Positions 25,003 through 34,315 of a DNA stretch of 64,000 nt are shown here, in pieces (within the stretch, counting starts at the first letter, position 1; each line of letters opens with the position of its first letter). This stretch comes from Vitrella brassicaformis CCMP3155 (Eukaryota > Protista > Chromerida): assembly GCA_001179505.1 (NCBI GenBank), contig CDMY01000295.1, positions 124,001 to 188,000 on the forward strand, written 5' to 3'. A program made the position numbers and the translations under genes. The notes below the pieces were generated by a model. The model was not told the origin of the DNA, ran no database searches, and saw only the letters and a program-made list of their open reading frames with translations.

Positions 25003-26889
25003 TCACAAGTCGTCTCCATCCATCGCACCGCCATCGTCTTCTCCCTCGCCGTCGCCATCGTCGCCGTCCCGCTCGTCGGCCCCGTCATCACCGCCCCCCT
25101 CCGATGCGTCGCCGTCGTCCTCCTCAGGCTCCGTCAGCAACAGCTGGAACACGCCATCCTTGTCGATGTACCCGAGCTGCTGCCAATCGAACTGGCAATC
25201 CTGGTCGCCGAGATGCTCGTTGAAGCCCTTCTGCACGCCCGTCAGCTGATACTTGGCCACCTCGTCGAGCCGGGCCTTGTGCACCACCTCACGCAAACCG
25301 ACCACCTGCCCTTCACTGCCGGCGGCACGGATGGCGAAGCACTGGAGAGGCGGCACGGTCACCTTGACGCGCTTGTCGCCCTGCTGTTCGTATCTCGTCC
25401 CGCCCACCACCTCCCTGTTGCTGCTCGTCTGTGTGGCCGCCGACTTGACGAAATGGCCGACGGCCGCCTTGACGCGACGTCTCAGCTGGGTGTCGCCGAT
25501 GAGGTACTGGTCGATGGCCGCGGGGGCAGCCGATGGCTCGTGCAGGAAGGCGCCGATCTTCCATGCGATGGCCTCTGCCTCGTGTGGTCCGAATGCCATG
25601 TTGGATGGGGAGGGGTGGGGGTGGGCGCCGTCGTGATGGGGGGCGAGGGGCAGCAGACGGGAGAGAAGCAGTGGTCGCGCTGGGGGGCGAGGGCGCCGTT
25701 GATGGCCGACATGGTGGCATTGGGCAGCTCGTTGAGCACCGTGGTGTACTCGGCCAGCACGAGATTCCGCTGACGGCGGTCCTCCTCAGTGGCCGTGGGC
25801 AAGCAGGTGATGTCTGCCCCAGCCCGCAGCAGCACCATAGTGGTGCGCTTCTGCCATTCGGCTATCCTTGTTGGGGGTGTGGCGGGATCCGGGAGCCACG
25901 AGGCAGCGCTTTGGAAGGGAGGAGGGAGATGCCTTCTTGACCTGTTGATGTCCGCAGCTGAGAGGCGGCGACACAGGGACTCGGCCACACAGGGGGAGAT
26001 GTGGGAGGCCGCCGCAGCGAGAGGGGTGTGTTGGTCAAAATCCTCCCCCCGGACGTCCGCCCCGTAGGCCACCACCTGAAACGTAGTCACAGACAACAGC
26101 AGCTGAAGATGGACGTCAGTGAGTCCGACTGTATCTGCGCTGACCAGATCCACATAGCTGTCCATGAAGTCCTGGGAGAAGATACGCCCCTATAGCCGGC
26201 ATGGTGCAGCACGTTGCGACCGTCGTCGTCGGTTTCGTTGGCGAATATCCTGAGCCGCTCATAGATGGCGAGCAGCTTCTGCTCGTAGTCACGCGAGGGC
26301 CGTACAAAAGCGTGCTCAGTCACCATCACTGGCAGCATCAGCACCATTGCCCCGTCGATCTCCTCGCCGATCTCCTCGCCGCGCTCGAGCAGCAGGTCGA
26401 CGGCAGCTTCGTTGCCGGCGGCAATGGCCACTCTGAGAGGCCTTCTTTTGTCCTGCATGTACCCCTCCGGGGCATTGATGTCTGCCCCACCATCGATGAG
26501 GGCGGTGATGATGTCGCTCTCCAGCTGAAGAGATGACCACAGCGGCAGGGCGACGGGGCACGTCTCATCGTCCGCCATCCAGATGGACGGCATTGTGTAG
26601 CCACTCGCATTGTCGATGGAATACGACAGCAAGGGATAGCCGCACCGGCCCGTCCCCTTTCGCAGTAGTGGTTCGACATCCGGGTCAGCACCCTGCTGCT
26701 CGATGAGATCCGTCACCTCCTGGGCGCTGGTGAAGGTGCGGTTGATGATGCCCCGCGACAGCCGTCTGCTGGCGCGCTGGTCCCTTGTCGGAATCGAATG
26801 CCAACATCGGTCTGCCCCAGCCAGCCATCAGGGAGGTCGCCATCGGATGATGATGATGCTGCAGCCGCCGCCGATGAGGATGCAGCCAT
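25003..26889 (-). pseudogene. Ankyrin-repeat family copy 3; three frameshifts
   Basis: ATG 26889 is out of frame with RRLSRGIINRTF (shift at about 26775). A second shift lies between YRG and FSQDFMDS (about 26182). A 4-nt deletion relative to the paralogues follows RDH (about 25665). Ends in an acidic tail. Confidence 0.85.
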
Positions 26890-27179
26890 CTTCTCTCACG
26901 CTACCCTACGCTACAGACGCACACGCACACAGGTGTGCGGACCAGCCTCTCTCATGCGGTGTCTGAAAACGTTGCCTACCTTCTGCATGCGCGTTGATGA
27001 TGTCCATCAGTAGATGCCGAAACCGCCGCAACTTGCCTGATAAGGAGGAAACGACTTCCCTGAACTTGAAACCAATGCCAGTGTCGCGGGTTCGACCCCC
27101 CCCTGTGAGAGTGCTCATCTGGAGGCGGCCTCAAAACACGATGCCGTGCTGTCGCACTCCTGGTTGTTCATGCAGGTAT

Positions 27180-28350
27180 TTAGGCTTGTTCGAAGAGCCG
27201 TTTGTCTCTGCGAGCTTTCTCTCTTTCTCCTGCGTTTCCCTTCTGATGGTCCCAAGGTTTCTGATGCTTGTGTGCTTGTGTGCTTCCTTCTGGTGCTTGT
27301 GTGCGATCTGATCGAGGGGAGAGACTTCCGCACCGGCCCGACCCTTGGTTAGCGCTTCTGCGCTTTGCCCAGCCCACGGAGGCGGGCATGCAACGAGTCA
27401 AAATGGAGGTCACGCCGAGCTCTCTCCGCACACCAAATTTCAGCCTCCAGCGTCGCCTCTGCGGCGAGAACGCCCGTTGCAGATCTCCGATCGACCACGA
27501 TCGACGTCCGTTGTGTGGCCCACCACCTTGAGGAGCCTCCCATCGATTGAGATGAAGACCATGAAAGCCCAGAATCAATTCATGTCTGCCACCCCCGATG
27601 AGCCAGTGTGTATGCCTGTCGTCAAAAAGGGCCACTGCATGCCGTCCGCACCCTGAAGGCCCACTCGCACAGCCACACACTTACACACACCACACACGTG
27701 CACATGTATGCAAGTCGGTTGCGATCAACACGGCGACCAATATCCCTCCCCACACCCACACACCACACCCACACGCACGCAGACCCATCAGGAAGAAGGT
27801 ACGCAATACAAATACGCCCCGCTCATTGTATTGCCCCACTGGCTCGCCTCTCTGAGTGCGCCATACATCCAATCCACACAAGACGGAGGTTCCCGTGTCC
27901 ACTCTCATGGCATACCACAGGAGATCCACTCCAGGACCTCTTAGGTGGTATGCGACTGCAGTGGAAGCGGAAACATCCGCCTCGGCAGCATCAACGTCAC
28001 ATCGTGGCGGGTGGTGCGGTGCGGGCCACGTATGGTATGGATTGAATGAAAAAACTTGATTTGACAAACAAACAAAACGCCGGAAGACACATAGGCAGAT
28101 AGATTCCACTCTTCCTTGCCTCGGGGAGCAGCTGCCAGCCACAGTCCCTCTGTCTGTCTGTCTGTCCGTTTCCACTCGTTCAAAACAGTAAGCACCTGTC
28201 TGTCTGTCTGTCTGTCATCATGCTGCTGCTGCTCGATCACGTGTCTTTCACCTCGCACCTGCAACCGCCACCATCTCATGGAAGACCATCCTTGAGACCG
28301 TAGCGGCTGACGGGGCGTGATCAAAGCCACGTGCCCAGCTGCATTGATTA
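27180..28350 (-). CDS. Putative multi-exon hypothetical gene containing repeat copy B
   Basis: Exon ...YHLRGPGVDLLWYAMRVDTG...RTFFLMGL can splice in phase to RCGRHAVALFDDRHTHWLIG...SIGDLQRAFSPQRRRWRLKFGVRRELGV. Confidence 0.35.
27361..27560 (-). repeat. Dispersed repeat copy B (inverted homologue of 19912-20098)
   Basis: Direct sequence comparison; only four substitutions seen in the core. Confidence 0.85.
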
Positions 28351-28754
28351 CAAGCACATCCTCTTGTTTGCTGTTCCTCCCTCTCTCCCTCTCTCTTTTG
28401 CAGGGCGCCAGCCAAAACAGCGCTGCCTGCCATCAACCGATAGACAGACAATCCACGCACCACGCACCACGATACAACGCACATCCACAGCGCCCAAAAC
28501 CATCATGGAATGGATGCAATGCATACGCACATCGATCCATCCATCCATCCAGTGATTCGTTCATTCAATCACACACGTACACACGCGTACACACATACAC
28601 ATACATAGATCGATCGATGGATCGCCAGTAGGCCTGCAGGCAGGTGTGCATCAGATCGATGGATGGATCCCACCCTCCATCCATCGACACACCCACAGCC
28701 CTCCCGCCAGTCTCTGTCTGTATCACTGAGTCCGTCAGTGAGTCAGTCATTGAG

Positions 28755-31211
28755 TCAGTCATTGTTGCCCCTGGACACAAACCGCCAGATGGGGCCCACA
28801 ACCAGCACGCACCCCTGCCAACACCAACACACACAGGAAGGATTCGTCCAAGGAAAGCGATAACGTGACGCCCGGCCACTCACTCACCATCACAGGCATT
28901 GCGATTGGCGTCAGCAGCAGCCCAACCAGCCAGACCACAGACAATGTCAGCAGATCTACACACACAAAACACACGCACACAGACACATGTACCAGTGAAT
29001 GGATGGATTGGTATCTCTCTCTCGGTGTCTGTCTGTCTGTCAGTGTTGAATCGGTCACATCTGAGAGGGTCCATGCCGAGGAGGTGTCTGACGTAGCTGC
29101 TGCGCTCGATGACGGCGTGTGTGAAGAACACAGAGAACCCAAACACTATGGCCAACGGACTCAGCACCACAGCCATCAGCACCAAAGCCACCTGCATACA
29201 CACACACACACACACACATTGCACCTCTCTGTCTGATGGATGGGTGGGTGTGCATCTCACTACTCACCTTGAACATGAGCAGTTTGGATGCGCTCCACGT
29301 CCTCAGTCTGTGTCGGCCCGACTGCAGACCCGGGCAGCCAAAGAGGTTCCACGGCTCATAGTGGTACGCCGTGTACCGACGCCTAACCACACACACACAC
29401 ACACACGCATTAGTCTCTCCCCGGTGTGTGCACACGTGTGCTCTCTCTTTCGCGCACCGGCAGAGCCAGCACCACTCGTGGCGACAGTTGGAGCAGGTGA
29501 TGTGGTTGCAGCCGGCGACCTTCTCGGTGCGTATGCGGCACGCTGGGCAGGCCTGCACCTCGCGACCCTGCGCCCACACCAGGTAGGAGCGGCTGTCGTC
29601 GTCCATCTCGACACACGCATCAGAACCGTGCCACCTGCACCAACCAACCAACCAACCAACCGCCCATCCATCCATCCATCCATCCATCGTACGTATTGAT
29701 GCATTGTGTGTGTGTGCGTGTGTGTGTGTGTGTACCGTTTTCCGCATTGCAGACAGACAGGTGTTTTGCAGGAGGGGCAGGTGCCTCTGCGGGTGAACAG
29801 CCTGGGACGGAAATAACCTGCACACGCAACACACACATACATACGAGTGTCAGACATCCAACATCCACACACACATGGAGGAAGGAATGTAAGCTCCCGT
29901 GTGCATTACCGTCGCAGTCAGGCTCGCAGCACCACCGCAGACGAGGATCCTGCACACACAAACACACGCCATCCACACACATACTTGCTCATTCTCCACA
30001 GCCCCTCTCCCACCGACCTTGCAGATGCGCAGCCTCTTCTTGAACTTGAGGTACCGGTCGAAGTCGTTGGGGTCGACGAGTGCCTTGACGTGCTTCTCAG
30101 ACAGCGTCCGCACGCAGCCCTCCGCCGGGCACTTCATGTGCTCCACCTGGTGGCTGTCAATCAGCGTCTTGACGTACGTGCCCATGCACTCGCGACACAC
30201 CATCCTCGACCCCTGGTGGCCATGACCCTGCTGTTGCTGTTGCTGCTGCCGCTGCTGAGAGCCGCTTGTGTGTCTGTTGCTGTGTCTGTGTGGGGCGCCG
30301 GGGCAGCCGCTGTAGTGGCAGAAGATCTGGTCCTCCCTCACCGACTCGAAACACACGCAGCACACGCAGTCTGCATCACCATCTGCACCTCCGTCGGCCC
30401 CGGCCGGCCTGCTGCTGTTGCTGATGTTGATGACAGCGGCCGTGGTCTCTCTCTCTCGTTGTCGTTCAGTCGACCCCGCCGCTTTTGAGGGATCGCCATC
30501 GGCACTATCGAACGCCACAGCCACGTCATACAGAGGGCCGGCCGGCTCGTACGCAACGGTCGATGCAACCTCGACAACATCATCTCGGTCGGTGTGGGAG
30601 TGGGTGCGGGGAACGATGTCATGGTGGTGGTCGCCGAAGGGCGAGAGATGGAAGGTGGGTAGGGGGTGGATGGGGGCGTGGGGGAGGGTGAAGGTGCCGG
30701 TGAGGGAAGGGGCAGGGGCGGGGGAGTTGGGGGGCGGTTGGTCCATGGCTAGTGGCGGGGCGGTGTCGTCCCACTCCTCCATCGACCGCATGAACAGCCC
30801 GCCGCACAGCCCATCCAGCTCCTCACGCACGCCCTCCAAACCCTCGGTCGTCATTGTCGACATCGAGTGGATCTGCCGCGTCACCCCGCCACACACCATG
30901 CCTCCACCCGACGACGACCAGCACCCCTCGCCGGCTTCCAGGTCCATGTCCATGTCCATCTCCGCATCCGCGTGGTCGAGGCAGAAGTGCGGGTGTGAGC
31001 AGCTGTCGGCCGCAACCACGGTGTGGAAGGAGGCACACGAGACGGACGTCTGGAAGTCGCTGCTGGTGGGGGAGAGGGCACAGCCGCTGGTCGATGGCTG
31101 TGGCTGCGGCGGTGACTGGGACTGCTGGGCCGACTTGCGTGCGGTTGGTGCATTGCTGGGCGGCTGCGGCTCTGAGAGGCCGGAGGTCCACGTGAAGGAA
31201 CTCTTGCTCAT
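28755..31211 (-). CDS. RBR (RING1-IBR-RING2) E3 ubiquitin ligase with C-terminal transmembrane segments, RNF144/RNF19/RNF217-like
   Basis: RING1 CCVCFE...VCRECMGTYV...KCPAEGC. IBR WCCEPDCD...CPSCKTPVCLQCGKRWHGSDAC. RING2 CPACRIRTEKVAGCNHITCSNCRHEWCWLC with the catalytic Cys. Then HYEPWNLFGCPGLQ and hydrophobic exons VALVLMAVVLSPLAIVFGFSVFF and LLTLSVVWLVGLLLTPIAMPVM. Confidence 0.92.
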
Positions 31212-31578
31212 CGCAGCAGCGCCGGCTTCACTGCGGAGCGTTGCAGTTATGCTGAAAGGGAGAGGGGAAGGGGATCTGCGGCGTGTAAGCTCATGCTGCT
31301 GCTCTTGTCGAGCCGAGCACTGCCTGCTTCACTACTGCTCCTTGGGCGGCTGCCTTGTGTGCAAGCTTGTGTGTGCTGTTGCTGCTCACGTTGCGGTGAA
31401 AAATAAGGGCAACGCGCAGCAAGCGGCCTTGTTGAGAAAGCGCTGAGAGTGTCGAAAAACGGCGGAAGAGCTGACGTCACGCAGTCGGTCTGCTGAGCTC
31501 ACATCCAAGCTCGCAATGGCTCGACATTCTTGGGCTTTCTTTCGCAGTCTGGCCGGCTGGTAGTGGTAGTCCAGGCCT

Positions 31579-33606
31579 ATGGATGGAGGCTCAGGATCAG
31601 CGGGCAGCTTGCCCGACAATCGGATGCCGCGAGTGCTACGGGACGCGTCGGTAGGGGAGGTCCTGCGAAGGTGCGGGAGCAGAGTGCCATGGCTGACGAG
31701 TTTTCTCTGTTCTCTGACGAGGTGTGGTGTGGTGTGGTGTGGCGTGGTGTGTGTCTTGTCAGAATGTCAGAACAGGCGCGGCTCCAGGCCGACACTGCTC
31801 CAGGCCGTCCCGCCGACCGTCATCAACCCCGAGATCAACCCCAACTCAATCGGTAGCCGGACACGTGTGCAGCAGCGCTGGATGGACAGATGAGTTGTAC
31901 CTGTCGTTAAATTGTTCTGTTTGCTTTTGTTGGCTGTCATCGGATCTGATGCAGCGCTCCGTCTACTAGAGCTGGAGCTCTGGTCGCTCAGAGACTCATC
32001 GCTGCGGACGCTGCTGAATTCTTTGCTGCTAGGAATGACGGTGGCGGTCAACGGGTCGAGCGTCGACGTGATGGCGAACGTGCCTCTGAACAACACCAGA
32101 TGGCGTGAGCCGCACACATACACTGTCGTCCACATCTGTCTTGGCTGACGAGTTTCTCTGTTCTCTGACGAGGTATGGTGTGGTGTGTTGTGTGTCTTGT
32201 CAGCATGGCGGCGCGGCACTTGAATGCCGGTCCCGCCGACCGTCATCAACCCCAACTTAATCGGTAGCCGGACACGTGTGCAGCAGCGCTGGATGGACGG
32301 TTGAGTTGTAACTCTCGTCAAACCGTTTTGTTTGCTTGTGTTGGCCGTCAGCTCTGGTCGCCCTGCTAGAGCTGCAGCTCTGGCCGCTCAGAGATGCATC
32401 GCTGCGGACGCTGAATATGCTGCTAGGAATGACGGTGGCGGTCAACGTGCCGAGCGTCGACGTGATGGCGAACGTGCCTCTGAGCAACACCAGATGACGT
32501 GAGCCGTGCCGTGCCGTGCGAAAGCCGCATACATACACTGTCGTCCACAATTGTTATTCTATCCGTCGGCCTGATCAGAGACGTGGGGGAGCGTCCAGCG
32601 GAGCCTGTCCGCCCCTCTCCTGCTCCAGCTGCTGCTGCAGCGGCCGCCGCTGCAGCACCATCTGCAGCAGAGAGACAGAGACAGGCCGAACTGCTCCGGG
32701 CGGCTTCTCTTTTCTTCTCTCCCCCCTCATCACCAAGCCCACCACCTCAGTCATCCCGACGACCACCACCATCACATCCTGCTGCTGCTGCTGCTGCCGG
32801 CGGTGGTGGTTATGTGGGCCGTCACGGTGTGAGGCGTGAGCATTTCGCAGAGGTGGACAAGAAGAGCCTCGATGTGTTGGAGGCAGGTGGGTTGTGGGTG
32901 AGGCATGAAACATAAGACAAATGTGACGTGATGTATTGCGTCGATTGTGTGTATGGTATGGAGCAGCTGACAGTGAGTTGGAGGATAAGGAGATGCTTTG
33001 CTGCCCCATTAGTATGGAGATCTTCCGCCAACCCGTGTCGATCCCATCGGTCAGACAGCGACCACACACCACACACTGCACACAACACATACACACCTGC
33101 ACGCATCTCTCCCTCCCTCCCTCCCTCCCTCCCCCCTCTCTGTGCAGGGCAACACTTGTGAGTACACGGCCATCGTGAACTACATCCGCCAGTCGCGCCG
33201 CCGCCGCGAGGGCCCCCTTTCGCCCACCACACGGAAGTCCATAAGTGAGGGTGACCTGAGGTCGAACCGATTCGCCGTCAGCGCCATTGAGGCCATGGCC
33301 AGACAGGTAAGGTACCGTGGGGAGACAGAAGCCTAACCCACAACCTGACTTCTCTTCATCTGTGTGGGTAAGGTCGTGCGTGAGCAAGACCTGAGGGCGC
33401 AGCTCATTCGGCGAGATGCAGGGAAGTCGCGTCTACCACCTCCACCGCCAGCCGCTGCCGCGGCGGCCGCGGCGCCAGCAACAGTCGGAGGGGCTGCCTT
33501 TTCCGGGGCTGGGGAGCAGGAATCCTCATCTAGCTATGGTAGAGACAAAAGCGACGTAGGGCTTCGTTATCGCTGTGTATGTCGTTTGTCATGTGTGTAT
33601 GTGTAG
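31579..33606 (+). CDS. U-box domain protein (putative E3 ligase) with internally duplicated exon pair; 3' end uncertain
   Basis: Spliced EMLCCPISMEIFRQPVSIPS-GNTCEYTAIVNYI...PLSPTTRKSISEGDLRSNRFAVSAIE fits the U-box pattern CPIS...PV...G.T...I....P.T...L.N...I. Confidence 0.75.
31691..32549 (+). repeat. Tandem duplication, two units with a period of about 452 bp (31691-32142; 32143-32549)
   Basis: Both units begin GGCTGACGAGTTT(T)CTCTGTTCTCTGACGAGG and end CACTGTCGTCCACA, and both carry the same two exons. Confidence 0.9.
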
Positions 33607-34315
33607 GTATGGGCAAGCGTAGCGGTTCTCCGCTGCCACGTGATGGGCAGAAAAGGCCCAGGAGAGAGGGGGAAGAAGAGAGAGAGGGAGAGGGAGACGG
33701 AGAGGGAGACAGATAAGGTGACTGAAGGAGGTGAATGGCTGTGCATCGAAAATGTGATGGGAGCAGTCTGTGTGGGTCGATGGATGGATGGATGGATGGG
33801 GACATACACACACAATTCAATGGAAATGATCGGCCTGCGGTGCGGTGGTTGGCTGGGCTTACATACACACATACACAGATGGATGTCTTCCTCACACGGA
33901 CTGATCACGACACTGCTCATGTGTGTGTGAGTCGGTGGGATGAAGTCTTCTTTTCTGTCTGTGCACTGGAAATAGAGGCGCCCGACACACACACACACAC
34001 ACACACACGAATTCGACCGACAGACAGGCAGAGCACAGCAGCCTGTCTGTTCGTCATATCCGCGTGTGTGTCATGTATGTCTGTGTGTGCCTATGAACTG
34101 CCTCCCTTTCTCTACTCAACCAACCAACCAACCCATTGATCCACTTCGGCTGACTGACACTAATGCAGGCACCACGCCATGCGATGGATACACAGACCCA
34201 GAGAGAGGATAGATAGCTACACACTACGCACACACACCCATCCATCCATCCACCAGACGCCCCTCTCCCCACCCACACCCACACCCACACCACCCACACA
34301 CACACCAACACCATG

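Noticed and set aside
27058-27112. tRNA-Ser(TGA)-like fragment: ACTTGAAACCAATG...GCGGGTTCGACCCCCCC
   Set aside because: It has a T-loop/B-box and an anticodon-like loop, but the anticodon stem does not pair, the T-stem has a mismatch, and no 5' acceptor strand or A-box was found. At most a tRNA- or SINE-derived relic; tRNAscan-SE would settle it.
31691-32549. CRISPR-like or satellite array
   Set aside because: Only two units of about 450 bp, each containing exons and introns. There is no short repeat-spacer periodicity and no cas gene.
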